Origin: Pseudomonadota bacterium
Lineage (GTDB): Bacteria > Pseudomonadota > Alphaproteobacteria > Caulobacterales > Hyphomonadaceae
Assembly: GCA_036338795.1 (NCBI GenBank)
Contig: JAYZBJ010000175.1
Span: 1-42,651, forward strand
Length of the DNA: 42,651 nucleotides
Reading direction: 5' to 3'
In this document: positions 18,618 to 28,442 of the stretch, piece by piece
Position numbering within the stretch: the stretch's first letter is position 1
How the letters are laid out: each line of letters starts with the position of its first letter
The notes under the pieces: generated by a model
What the model saw: the letters and a program-made list of their open reading frames with translations, nothing else
Databases searched by the model: none
Told to the model about the DNA's origin: nothing
Position numbers and translations under genes: made by a program

Positions 18618-18781
18618 TTTTATTCGGACAGCATTCGCTGATCCGAAGAACTTGCTGGGATGATTTATACTCGCCTATTAGGCGAATTACTAGAAATTTA
18701 TCAGCGGGACCATAGAAGCGGGTGGGACGTCATTCGTCTATGCTTCAGAACGCGGGTTTTTTGCGGCGGCGTAGTGCGGGG

Positions 18782-19669
18782 ATGCATAATTGGAACTGGG
18801 ATGATCTGCGCTTCGTCGCAGTCTTGGCTGAGGTCGGCACGATCGCAGAGGCCGCGAGGCGTCTGAACGTCAATCGTACGACCGTCCAGCGCCGCATCGC
18901 TGCATTCGAAGACCAGTTGAGCTATCGCCTGTTTTCGCGCGACAGCTGGGGCCTGAAACCACTGCCAGAGGCCGGCCCGATACTCGACGCCGCGCGGGAG
19001 ATTGGCGAAGCGCTCGTCCGTATTGAACGCAAGACCTCAAGCTCCGATCAGGCGATCGCTGGCGAGCTGTCTCTTACAACGCCTGATGATCTATACTTGG
19101 CCGGTATTAGTGATGCGATTGCCGCGCTCCAGCACACCTATCCGGCCCTGAAGCTCAAACTCAGCATCACGACCCGCCCCCTTGATCTGGACAAGCGCGA
19201 AGCCGAGATCGCGATCCGACCCTCTATGGCCCCGCCAGAACACCTGGTGGCGCGGCGCATCTGTGACCTCTGCTTTCATCCCTACGCCTCCAGGGATTAC
19301 ATTGAACGCACCGGCACCGTCGCGGCCGATGCCCATCGATGGCTCTGCCTTCAGCCTGCATTCAGCGCCGCCCCATCAGAAACCTGGCTTTCCAGAAACA
19401 TTCCGACCGCGGACATTACCCTCCGCGCCGACAGTTATCTCGCCGTCGCAGAGGCCGCGCGGCGCGGATTGGGCGTAGCGATCCTGCCTGCGGCTTATGC
19501 TGACAAGCTGAAGGGCCTGCAACGCGTCGACGGGCTGATGGAAGACCGGCTGATGACCGGCCTCTGGCTTCTCACCCATCCGGACTTCCGCCAGTCTCCC
19601 CGCGTGAAAGCAGCGATGGACCTGCTTGCAGAAAAGCTCAAACCTCTGAAGGCACGCCTGGAAAGCTGA
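18782..19669 (+). CDS. LysR family transcriptional regulator
   Basis: NWDDLRF...GTIAEAARRLNVNRTTVQRRI HTH; DLDKREAEIAIR; GLGVAILP; WLLTHPD. Confidence 0.93.
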   Translation: MHNWNWDDLRFVAVLAEVGTIAEAARRLNVNRTTVQRRIAAFEDQLSYRLFSRDSWGLKPLPEAGPILDAAREIGEALVRIERKTSSSDQAIAGELSLTTPDDLYLAGISDAIAALQHTYPALKLKLSITTRPLDLDKREAEIAIRPSMAPPEHLVARRICDLCFHPYASRDYIERTGTVAADAHRWLCLQPAFSAAPSETWLSRNIPTADITLRADSYLAVAEAARRGLGVAILPAAYADKLKGLQRVDGLMEDRLMTGLWLLTHPDFRQSPRVKAAMDLLAEKLKPLKARLES

Positions 19670-19791
19670 TCCTCCGGCGGTGCGGTTACGCCATATGCAC
19701 CTATGCGAAAGCCACGGCTGAGAAAAACTTCATTGCTTTCCGTGTGCGGATACATTTCTGATCACCCTCAGACATCCGTTCACCTTGCTCC

Positions 19792-21603
19792 ATGCCAGAT
19801 TTAGCTCTTCCAGAACCCGTCCAGATAGCGCTCGTTCTCTCGCTTGTTGTCGCAGTTTTTGTCGGCTTCGTGCGCGAACGCATTCCGTCTGACGTCGTCG
19901 CGCTGCTGGCGATGGCGGCCCTGCTGCTCTTCGGTCTTTTGAGTGTTGAGGAAGCGCTCGGTGTCTTCTCGAACGCAGCCCCTATCACCATCGGCGCGAT
20001 GTTCGTCCTCTCAGCAGCGCTTGAGCGAACCGGCGTCATCGGGGCCATCGGTAACGCCGTGGTGCGGTTTGCGAAGCGATGGAGCGCGATAGGTGCCATC
20101 GGCCTGTTGATGCTGGTGGTGATCACGCTGTCGGCGTTCATGAATAATACGCCGATTGTCGTCATCCTCATTCCGGTCGCCATCCGGTTGGCCCAGTCGG
20201 TCGGCGTTTCTCCCTCCCGCCTGCTCATCCCGCTCTCATTTGCCTCGATATTTGGCGGCATGACGACGCTAATCGGCACATCGACCAACCTCCTGGTCGA
20301 CGGCGTCGTCCAGAAAGCGGGTCTTGCCTCCTTCGGTATCTTCGAGATTACAGGAGCCGGCCTCTGCCTCGCCTTGGCCGGTACGATCTACATGATGCTG
20401 GTTGGGCGCTGGTTCCTGCCGGATCGTGAGACGCTGGCCACGATGTTGCCTAGCGCCAGCTCCCGGCGCTTTGTCGCGCAGGTCCTTGTGCCGGTCGACT
20501 CAGTCCTAGTGGGCAAGACAATCCGGGAAACGGGCTTTACCGCCGACAAGGGCTTCAACGTCATCGACGTCATGCGGGAGAACCGGTCGCGCCGTGACGA
20601 GCTTTCGTCGCTCACGCTGCAAGGCGGTGACAGGCTGGTGATCCGGTCACCCGTCTCCGAGATGCTCACGCTTCGTGAGGCCGGCAACGTCGCGATCGGT
20701 TCAGGCTCAAGCACGGTGCACGCGATCGAGCCCGTACAGGCGACTGAAACGCGCGTCATGGAAGGCGTAGTCGGACCGCAATCCCGGCTGGTCGGCCGTC
20801 CGATCATCGGGGCCGGTCTTGTGCGCCTGTACGGCGTGTACGCCATTGCCATTCACCGGCGCGGCGAACATATCGGTCTCGGCGGCAAGAACATCCGCTT
20901 CAACATCGGCGACACCGTCCTCGTCGAAGGCCCGCCATCGGGCCTGCGCCAGATGTTCGACGATGGCATGCTGTCGAACCTGACCGAGACAACAGACCTT
21001 CCGATCCGCCGCGACAAGGCGCCGATTGCGCTCGGCGCTGTGGCGCTTGTCATGCTGCTCGCCGCGCTGGGCGTGATGCCGATTGCAGGCCTCGCCCTCA
21101 TTGCCGCGGCATGCGTCATCGCCTTTGGCTGCCTTGACCATCAGGAGGCCTACAAGGCGATCCAGTGGGACATCCTGATGCTCATTTTCGGCATGCTGGC
21201 ACTGGGGCAAGCGCTGGAAACCTCCGGCGCGGCAGACTTCCTTGTGAGCGGCCTTGCCGGGCCAATCGGCGGGCTGCCCCCAATTGTGACACTGGCGGTG
21301 GTTTATATCATCACGTCGACATTGACCGAATTCGTCAGCAACAATGCGACCGCCATCCTGATGACGCCGATCGCCATCGGCCTCGCGGCAAGCCTCGGCG
21401 TCGATCCACGGCCATTCGTGGTCGCGGTCATGTTCGCGGCAAGCGCAAGTTTCGCGACGCCGATCGGCTATCAGACGAATACGCTGGTTTACACCGCCGG
21501 CGGCTACAAGTTCACCGACTTTGCCCGTGTGGGCCTGCCGCTGAACCTGCTTTTCTTCGCAGTGTCGATGCTGATCATCCCGCTCTTTTGGCCGCTCGCC
21601 TGA
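19792..21603 (+). CDS. SLC13/DASS-type permease with tandem TrkA-C (RCK_C) domains
   Basis: SAFMNNTP, LLIPLSFASIFGGMTTLIGTSTNLL, TEFVSNNATA, FATPIGYQTN; soluble central region. Confidence 0.9.
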   Translation: MPDLALPEPVQIALVLSLVVAVFVGFVRERIPSDVVALLAMAALLLFGLLSVEEALGVFSNAAPITIGAMFVLSAALERTGVIGAIGNAVVRFAKRWSAIGAIGLLMLVVITLSAFMNNTPIVVILIPVAIRLAQSVGVSPSRLLIPLSFASIFGGMTTLIGTSTNLLVDGVVQKAGLASFGIFEITGAGLCLALAGTIYMMLVGRWFLPDRETLATMLPSASSRRFVAQVLVPVDSVLVGKTIRETGFTADKGFNVIDVMRENRSRRDELSSLTLQGGDRLVIRSPVSEMLTLREAGNVAIGSGSSTVHAIEPVQATETRVMEGVVGPQSRLVGRPIIGAGLVRLYGVYAIAIHRRGEHIGLGGKNIRFNIGDTVLVEGPPSGLRQMFDDGMLSNLTETTDLPIRRDKAPIALGAVALVMLLAALGVMPIAGLALIAAACVIAFGCLDHQEAYKAIQWDILMLIFGMLALGQALETSGAADFLVSGLAGPIGGLPPIVTLAVVYIITSTLTEFVSNNATAILMTPIAIGLAASLGVDPRPFVVAVMFAASASFATPIGYQTNTLVYTAGGYKFTDFARVGLPLNLLFFAVSMLIIPLFWPLA

Positions 21604-21613
21604 GCGCCCTCGC

Positions 21614-22615
21614 CTAGCTGTCTGCCGCGGCCTTCCTGGCAATCTCTTTCTTGTGCCAGCCATAAGCCGTTTCGATGACGCTATCGACATCGGACTGGAC
21701 CGGCTTCCAGCCAAGAATGCGCTCAGCCTTGTCGGCTGAGGCGACGAGGGCTGGCGGATCGCCAGGGCGACGCGGGCCGATCGTGCGCGGCACAGGCTTT
21801 CCGGTCACCCGCTCCACCGACTGCACGATCTCCATGACGGTCGTGCCGGTGCCAGTGCCGAGGTTGAACGCGTCGGACTTGCCGCCATTGTCGAGATAAT
21901 CGAGCGCCTTGAGGTGCGCATCGGCAAGATCCATGACGTGGATATAGTCGCGGATACATGTGCCATCGCGGGTGTCGAAATCGTCGCCGAAGACCGTCAG
22001 CTTGAATGTGTCGTTCAGCACACCTTCGATGCAGAGCGGAATGAGGTGGGTTTCCGGCTCGTGACGTTCGCCCACTTCGCCGTCGGGCGATGCGCCTGCG
22101 GCATTGAAATAGCGCAGCTTCACGGAGCGGATGTTGTGCGCCGTCTCATAGTCATCCAGCACCTTCTCGACGAAGAGCTTGGACATGCCATACGGATTGA
22201 TCGGGTTCTGCGGCAGGTCTTCTGTCATCGGCATGCGCTCAGGCACACCGTAAGTGGCGCAGGTCGACGAGAAGATGATCTTGTCGACACCAGCTTTCGC
22301 CATCGCATCAAGAAGGCGAACCGTTCCCATCGTATTGTTTTCATAATAGAGGCCGGGCTTCTCGACCGACTCGCCGACATAAGCGAATGCCGCGAAGTGC
22401 GCGACTGCATCCGGTTTGTGCTTTTCAAATGCTGCGTCGAGGTCTGCCGCGTTGAGCAGGTCACCTTCGAACACTTCGCCAAACTGGACGAAGTCGCGCC
22501 AGCCGCGAGAGAAATTGTCAAACACGACGACATTCCAACCGGCGTCGCGAAACGCCTTGCAGCAATGGCTTCCAACATAGCCGGCGCCGCCGGTCACAAG
22601 AACGGTTCTGGTCAA
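21614..22615 (-). CDS. galE: UDP-glucose 4-epimerase
   Basis: TGGAGYVGSH, HFAAFAYVGES, FSSTCATYG, NPYGMSK, LRYFNAAG, DGTCIRDYIHV; TTG start at 22615 inferred. Confidence 0.93.
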   Translation of the reverse strand: MTRTVLVTGGAGYVGSHCCKAFRDAGWNVVVFDNFSRGWRDFVQFGEVFEGDLLNAADLDAAFEKHKPDAVAHFAAFAYVGESVEKPGLYYENNTMGTVRLLDAMAKAGVDKIIFSSTCATYGVPERMPMTEDLPQNPINPYGMSKLFVEKVLDDYETAHNIRSVKLRYFNAAGASPDGEVGERHEPETHLIPLCIEGVLNDTFKLTVFGDDFDTRDGTCIRDYIHVMDLADAHLKALDYLDNGGKSDAFNLGTGTGTTVMEIVQSVERVTGKPVPRTIGPRRPGDPPALVASADKAERILGWKPVQSDVDSVIETAYGWHKKEIARKAAADS

Positions 22616-22720
22616 GGTTCGTATTCCCTGCTGACTGGATAAAGACTTACGCCGACATGGCCCCCACGGCTCAGCGCCATGCAATAAAGATTCCGCTCAG
22701 GAATTCAAATGCCAGGCATC

Positions 22721-22757
22721 AAAAAAAGAGGGCAGCGCCGAAACGCTGCCCTCTCTT
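22721..22757 (-). terminator. Rho-independent terminator after TonB-dependent receptor
   Basis: AGAGGGCAGCG / CGCTGCCCTCT stem with A7 on + (U-tract on -). Confidence 0.88.
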
Positions 22758-22776
22758 GTTTGTGTAAGGCCCTGGC

Positions 22777-25656
22777 CTAGTTGCCGGTGCCGCCGAAGCG
22801 GGTGGTCAGGCTGATCTTGAACGTACGACCGAATGGGTTGTGGGTGTACGGATCATAGTTCAGGTCGAACTGTGCGAACGGCGGATCTTCATCCGTGATG
22901 TTCACGACAGACAGGCCAAGATCGAAGTGATCTGCACGATAGGTGTAGAACGCGTCGAACGTGGTGTGGCTGTCGATGCTGCTATTGCCGTCGCCGGTCA
23001 GGTCGCCGCGCTCATCATCATACTCGTCTGTGTGACGGATGACGCCGCGCAGGTTGTGGTTGCCGATGGCATAGTTGGCAAAGAAGTTCGCCTTCCACTG
23101 CGGAAGCGAGCGGGAGAAGTTCGACCGGTTGAACTGGTCGACACGGTCGCCGCCTGGAATGATCACATCCTCGATGCCGAAATCGTCGACATCATACTCA
23201 AGAATGTAGGTCATCTCGCCGCCGAGTGTGAACTCGCTGTTGCCGAGATCGAGACGCTGCTCCGCACGAAGGTCGATACCTGACGTCTTGATGTCAGGAC
23301 CGTTGGTGACGTTCGTCCGAACGCGGGCGATCTCGTTGGCTTGGTTAAGGCCGTCTCCGTTGTTGTCGGTAAAGGTAATCCGAGAGAGAATCCCTGCCTC
23401 AGTGTCACCTGCCGCGATAGCTGCGACAGCTGCGTTCACAGTCGATGCCTGGTCCTCAACAATGATCGGGTCCGTGAAGTCGAAATTGTAGTAGTCGATC
23501 GACGCGGAGAAACCGTTCGCATTGTCGTAGATGGCACCAAGGTTGAAGCTGAATGCCGATTCCGGGTTGAGGTCCGGGTTACCGAACTGGTCAACAGCCT
23601 TGAAGGCCGAGGTCGGCGCAACGAATTGCAGCGTGGTGACCTGACCGGACAACTGGTTCAGCGTCGGGCCCTTGAACGAGGTCTGAGCTGAGCCACGCAG
23701 CGCAAGGCTGTCATTGACCTGCCACTTACCGGCGACCTTCGGGTCGAAGGTGGAGCCGACATCGCCGCCGTAATCCTCGTAGCGCATGGCCACCTGGATA
23801 TCCACGTCCTCGAAGAGCGGCACCTGAAGCTCACCAAAGATCGCGTAGATCGTCTGGTCTTCATCAAATGCGTTCGTGCCCGCAAGGAAGGAGAACGGCC
23901 CCGTTCCACCCGGTCCCGGATTGATATCAAGGTTTGTCACCTCATTAGGGTCAACCTCATAACCTTCACGGCGAACCTGGAAGCCCGCAGCCCAGCCAAC
24001 AGAACCGCCGGCAGCTTGCACATTTGAAGTGCCCGAAAGCGTACCATCCAAAACAATCAGGTCTGTCGTGACCACGCTTCCAACACCATCGGTCATCCAG
24101 TTCGCGAGCGTCGTCGAATTTTCGAGACCTGGAACGAACGTCGGGTTAGATTCGCCCGTAATCGCGTTCCCAGGGATGGCATTGGAGAATGGGTTATAGT
24201 ATTCACACCCTCCAGCGCCCGGCGTCAAAGCGCCGGCATACCCTGGAGCAAATGGCTGCGTGCCAGTAGCTGGGTCATTACCCGTAATAGGATCGGTACA
24301 GACACCATAGCCATTCAACGCGGCAGTGAACCCGTTGATGTAGGTGTCGTTTGTGATGCGCTCACCTTCGGTCGATGACCAGCTGAGTGCCGTGTCCCAC
24401 CGCACACCGTTCGAGAATTCTCCATCGAGCGAACCTGCAAGACGATAGGACTCATAGGTCCGGTAGCCTTCTTGTGGGCCGTAATCGGTGCCGGGGAAAC
24501 CGCCCCAGCCAAAAGAGCGACCGACGTAAAGCGCCGCCAGCGTACCGGCCGGGAACTGGCCCGGATTATCCATCATGTATTGCTGGAAGCCGGGGTTGCT
24601 CGCCGGGACAACCTGAGTTGTGAGTTCCTGCGGTGGATAAGACGGAGAAGTTTTCCACTCAGGCACGTCGGAATAACCGTAAAGGCCTTCAAGGTGGAAG
24701 TTCACACCGTTGCCGAAGGTCCGGTTATATTCCGAGAAGACCTGATACCGCTCTTCTTCTTCGACGAGATTATCGAATTGCGTGAATTGGAAGTTACACA
24801 GACCCGTATTCGGATTGACGAAACCGCCGACATCATCACAACCTAGATCAGGCGTAGCTCCCTGGATTGGAGCAACACCGCCTGGGGTAAGGCCGAGTGG
24901 GACATAGTAAGCCGGGTTGGAAAGAGTTGACCAACCACCAACAGGATTATCCGCGAATGGCAGGATGCCCCAGTCTTTCTCGAGCAGCGGAACTTCCGAG
25001 CGGTAGTTGTAGCCGACCGAGGTGACCCAGCTCCAGTCAGACCCCTGCATGCCGTAGGCGCCGTTGATGTTGTAGTTGCCATCGGTACCGTCGAACGTCG
25101 AGAAATCACCCCCGATCTCGAAGCCATCGAGATCGTCGCGGGTAATGAAGTTCACAACACCGGCAATTGCGTCAGAACCGTAAACAGCGGCCGCACCGTC
25201 TTTGAGCACTTCGATCCGGCCGACAGCGGCCGTCGGGATCATGTTGGTGTCGATGAAGAGCTGGGCCTGCTCACCAATCGCGTAGGGGTGGTAGGTCTGC
25301 CGGCGACCGTTGATCAGGACCAGCGTCCGGCCAGGGCCGAGGCCCCGCAAGTTAATGTTGGATGTACCTTCCAGGCCGTTCGAAGCGAACTGGTTGGTCT
25401 GGCCGTCAACACCGGACGATACGCCGAGATTGCGGATCAGTTCGGTGATGGACGGGCTGCCTTCGAGTTGAAGGTCAGCGGCTGTCAGGACATCAACCGG
25501 AAGCGCGGCATCTTCAGGCGTACCGGCGATGGCAGAACCCGTCACCGTAACCTTCTGTTGTCGCAGTTCCCCGCTGTCATCCTGAGCGAACGCCACACCT
25601 GTTGTGCACAGTGCGACGGTAGACGCGCCAAGGGCGAGCCGTGTAACGAACTTCAT
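22777..25656 (-). CDS. TonB-dependent outer-membrane receptor
   Basis: Signal peptide, TonB box KVTVTGS, plug NLRGLG...RTLVLINGRR, IEVLKDGAAAVYGSDAIAGVVNFI, barrel LNPES, C-terminal GRTF; GGGAGG RBS. Confidence 0.93.
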   Translation of the reverse strand: MKFVTRLALGASTVALCTTGVAFAQDDSGELRQQKVTVTGSAIAGTPEDAALPVDVLTAADLQLEGSPSITELIRNLGVSSGVDGQTNQFASNGLEGTSNINLRGLGPGRTLVLINGRRQTYHPYAIGEQAQLFIDTNMIPTAAVGRIEVLKDGAAAVYGSDAIAGVVNFITRDDLDGFEIGGDFSTFDGTDGNYNINGAYGMQGSDWSWVTSVGYNYRSEVPLLEKDWGILPFADNPVGGWSTLSNPAYYVPLGLTPGGVAPIQGATPDLGCDDVGGFVNPNTGLCNFQFTQFDNLVEEEERYQVFSEYNRTFGNGVNFHLEGLYGYSDVPEWKTSPSYPPQELTTQVVPASNPGFQQYMMDNPGQFPAGTLAALYVGRSFGWGGFPGTDYGPQEGYRTYESYRLAGSLDGEFSNGVRWDTALSWSSTEGERITNDTYINGFTAALNGYGVCTDPITGNDPATGTQPFAPGYAGALTPGAGGCEYYNPFSNAIPGNAITGESNPTFVPGLENSTTLANWMTDGVGSVVTTDLIVLDGTLSGTSNVQAAGGSVGWAAGFQVRREGYEVDPNEVTNLDINPGPGGTGPFSFLAGTNAFDEDQTIYAIFGELQVPLFEDVDIQVAMRYEDYGGDVGSTFDPKVAGKWQVNDSLALRGSAQTSFKGPTLNQLSGQVTTLQFVAPTSAFKAVDQFGNPDLNPESAFSFNLGAIYDNANGFSASIDYYNFDFTDPIIVEDQASTVNAAVAAIAAGDTEAGILSRITFTDNNGDGLNQANEIARVRTNVTNGPDIKTSGIDLRAEQRLDLGNSEFTLGGEMTYILEYDVDDFGIEDVIIPGGDRVDQFNRSNFSRSLPQWKANFFANYAIGNHNLRGVIRHTDEYDDERGDLTGDGNSSIDSHTTFDAFYTYRADHFDLGLSVVNITDEDPPFAQFDLNYDPYTHNPFGRTFKISLTTRFGGTGN

Positions 25657-25923
25657 ACGTTCCTCCCAATTTGTTTTCGCTGGTTGGCGTTCTGTTTTGT
25701 GCCAACTCAAAAATCAGGCTGGCGCAGTTCCGATTGGAATCAAACAGTTTTCTGTGCTGCAGCGCATCATGGGATAACGTTAGGGCAGGAAGGTTTTGGC
25801 GCTTTTCTACCTGTCCTTGCGGAATGACGTGAGGATATACTGTAGTGACCGCGACAAAATGAGGCACAAGTGCGCAACGTCCATTACAGTTGACGAAATG
25901 ACCTTCCGGCAGACGGTGAAGTA

Positions 25924-27330
25924 ATGACAAGTTTTCCCCCAATACTCGAACTCGCGGACGCCTTCGCAGACGCAGCAACTCCAGCTGCATTTCCGCAGGC
26001 CGTGTTGCGGTTTCGCAACAACAGATGGGCCAGCCATGTCAGTCTGGAGGGACTCAGCGACGAAGACTGGGCGCGCCATTTCGGCCGGTTCGAGCCGCTG
26101 CCCGGCAATCTCGAACAGCCGCTGGCCATGCGCTATCACGGCCACCAGTTCGGCGTTTACAATCCCGACCTCGGCGATGGACGCGGCTTCCTCTTTGCCC
26201 AGCTGCGCGATGATCGCGGGCGGCTGCTCGATCTCGGAACGAAAGGCTCTGGCCAGACACGCTGGTCGAGGCAGGGAGACGGTCGGCTGACGCTGAAAGG
26301 CGGCGTGCGCGAAGTTCTCGCCGCACAATACCTGGAGGCGCACGGCGTCAAGACGTCCAAGCCTTTCAGCCTGATCGAGACCGGAGAACAGCTGGCGCGC
26401 AACGATGAGCCTTCGCCTACCCGCTCATCCGTGCTGGTGCGCCTGTCGCACAGCCACATCCGCTTCGGCACCTTCCAGCGTGTGGCGTATGAAGACGACC
26501 GGGAAAACCTCGCCCGTCTCATCAAACATTGTGCGGAAGTTTATTATCCTGACGTGGTCGACAAGGACCTGACCGTCATGGCGCCGGCCCTGCTGGAGAA
26601 GGTCACCCGAGAGACCGCCCGCATGATTGCCGGATGGATGACGGTCGGCTTTGTGCACGGCGTCATGAACACGGACAATTTCAACATCACGGGCGAAAGC
26701 TTCGATTACGGCCCGTGGCGCTTCCTGCCCTACTCGGACCCGAATTTTACCGCGGCCTATTTCGACCAGCAGGGGCTTTACCGGTTTGGCCGCCAGCCGA
26801 CACAGGGTCTCTGGGCCCTGCAGCAGCTGGCAGGCACACTGACGCTCGTCGCTGACGAAGAACCGCTGACCGATGCGCTCAAGACATTCGAAGGCGCGTA
26901 CCAGCAGGCTTTCGCAAAGCACACGCTGGACCTGTTCGGCCTTGAGCAGGCAGAGACCCTGCACGAGGACCTTGTCTTCCTCCAGACGCTGTATGGCTGG
27001 ATGACCGAGACGGCTGCGAGCTGGCCGCAGGTCTTCTTTGACTGGTTTGGCGGCAAACTCTCCGAGGAGCGCGCGGCGCGAAGCCCACTCGCGGCCCGCT
27101 ATGGCGAGGACAAGTTCAGGGCTGTGCGTGATGGCCTGTTCGCGCGCAATCCTGTTCGTCCGCAGCGTCTCGAACACGCTTACTTTGCCCGCGAGAAACC
27201 GGTCTCGATGGTATATGAAGAGATCGAGGCCGTCTGGGCACCGATCGCCGAAACAGATGACTGGTCGGCCTTCGAGAAAAAGCTGGCTGACATTGAATCA
27301 GCCCGCGAGGCTTACGCGTTCAGCGCGTAA
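25924..27330 (+). CDS. selO: Protein adenylyltransferase SelO/YdiU
   Basis: YHGHQFG, LGDGRG, KGSG.T.WSR.GDGR, SHIRFGTF, GFVHGVMNTDN, DYGP. Confidence 0.92.
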   Translation: MTSFPPILELADAFADAATPAAFPQAVLRFRNNRWASHVSLEGLSDEDWARHFGRFEPLPGNLEQPLAMRYHGHQFGVYNPDLGDGRGFLFAQLRDDRGRLLDLGTKGSGQTRWSRQGDGRLTLKGGVREVLAAQYLEAHGVKTSKPFSLIETGEQLARNDEPSPTRSSVLVRLSHSHIRFGTFQRVAYEDDRENLARLIKHCAEVYYPDVVDKDLTVMAPALLEKVTRETARMIAGWMTVGFVHGVMNTDNFNITGESFDYGPWRFLPYSDPNFTAAYFDQQGLYRFGRQPTQGLWALQQLAGTLTLVADEEPLTDALKTFEGAYQQAFAKHTLDLFGLEQAETLHEDLVFLQTLYGWMTETAASWPQVFFDWFGGKLSEERAARSPLAARYGEDKFRAVRDGLFARNPVRPQRLEHAYFAREKPVSMVYEEIEAVWAPIAETDDWSAFEKKLADIESAREAYAFSA

Positions 27331-27471
27331 GCTGCAGGCGACGCTGCGGTGGGCGGGAACAAGTCCTCCGACCGGGGTTTTGTAGTCACAAGAGTTTGAA
27401 TTGAGGCGCCGGGCGGGGTGGCCCAATTGGGGCGTGCAGCCCCTCCCACTGTGACCACAGGACAATTCCCG

Positions 27472-28239
27472 ATGAAAACCCTTCTCGCTTTTGCGTTCGC
27501 CCTGATTGCGGTGTTCGCAGCCACACTCCATCACGCCAACGCACAGGAGCCCGCCCCCATGGACAAGCCCAAGGTCATCTTCTTCGACGTGAATGAGACA
27601 TTGCTGGACCTGCAGGGCATGCAGTCATCGGTGTCGGAGGCGCTGGGTGGTCGTGAAGACCTCATGCAGCTCTGGTTCTCGACCATGCTTCACCACTCAC
27701 TCGTCGATACGGTCACCGAGCGCTATCACGATTTCGGAACGATCGGTGTGAACGCGCTTCTCATGGTCGCAGAAACACATGACATCGAACTGACCGAAGA
27801 AGCGGCTCGCGATGCCATTGCGACGCCCCTGCAAAACCTTCCAGCGCACCCGGACGTGGTTGCAGGGCTGAAAGCCTTGAAAGCGCAGGGCTACACGCTG
27901 ATCAGCTTCACCAACTCCTCGAACAAGGGCGTACAGACACAGTTCGAGAATGCGGGCCTGACGGAGCTTTTCGACCAGCGGCTGAGCATTGAAGACATCA
28001 AGATCTACAAGCCGGACCTGCGCGCCTATGAATGGGCACTCGACAAGGCAGGCGTTGAGCCTGGCGAAGCCATGATGGTCGCGGCGCATGGATGGGACAT
28101 TGCCGGCGCCAAGGCCGCCGGGATGAAAGCCACATTTGTCAGCCGCCCAGGTAAAGCGCTGTACCCTCTGGCGATCGAACCGGACCACGTCGTCAGCGAT
28201 ATCGGTGCGCTGGCCCAGCTTCTCGAAGCCGAAGACTAG
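27472..28239 (+). CDS. Haloacid dehalogenase type II with N-terminal signal peptide
   Basis: FFDVNETLLD motif I, TNS motif II, YKP, MVAAHGWDIAGA motif IV; Sec-type leader ending ANA. Confidence 0.88.
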   Translation: MKTLLAFAFALIAVFAATLHHANAQEPAPMDKPKVIFFDVNETLLDLQGMQSSVSEALGGREDLMQLWFSTMLHHSLVDTVTERYHDFGTIGVNALLMVAETHDIELTEEAARDAIATPLQNLPAHPDVVAGLKALKAQGYTLISFTNSSNKGVQTQFENAGLTELFDQRLSIEDIKIYKPDLRAYEWALDKAGVEPGEAMMVAAHGWDIAGAKAAGMKATFVSRPGKALYPLAIEPDHVVSDIGALAQLLEAED

Positions 28240-28354
28240 GCGACCCATCGGGGCAATCCGGCACCCTTGGCTGGATTGCCTTCGCCTTTGAAGCCCCGTC
28301 CCGGCGCGTCTGGAAAGATGGCCGGTTAGGGCATAAGCTTCCCCTGCGACATAA

Positions 28355-28388
28355 TTTGACGCTGCACTGCAGCATAATATGTGTCAAA
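28355..28388. promoter_or_regulatory. Palindromic operator upstream of mcd (PhaR-like CTGC-N3-GCAG)
   Basis: GCTGCACTGCAGC at 28361-28373, flanked by TTTGAC ... GTCAAA. Confidence 0.55.
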
Positions 28389-28442
28389 CAGCTGCCAACG
28401 ACATAGATCAGTGCGCGTAAGACGCTCGGAGGGAATTCAATT

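Noticed and set aside
20707-21714. 335-aa - strand ORF
   Set aside because: Shadow of the SLC13 permease; Arg-rich and without motifs
28250-28285. Hairpin GGCAATCCGG/CTGGATTGCC after the dehalogenase gene
   Set aside because: Stem is real but has no clear U-tract and no second copy was seen, so not called as terminator or REP
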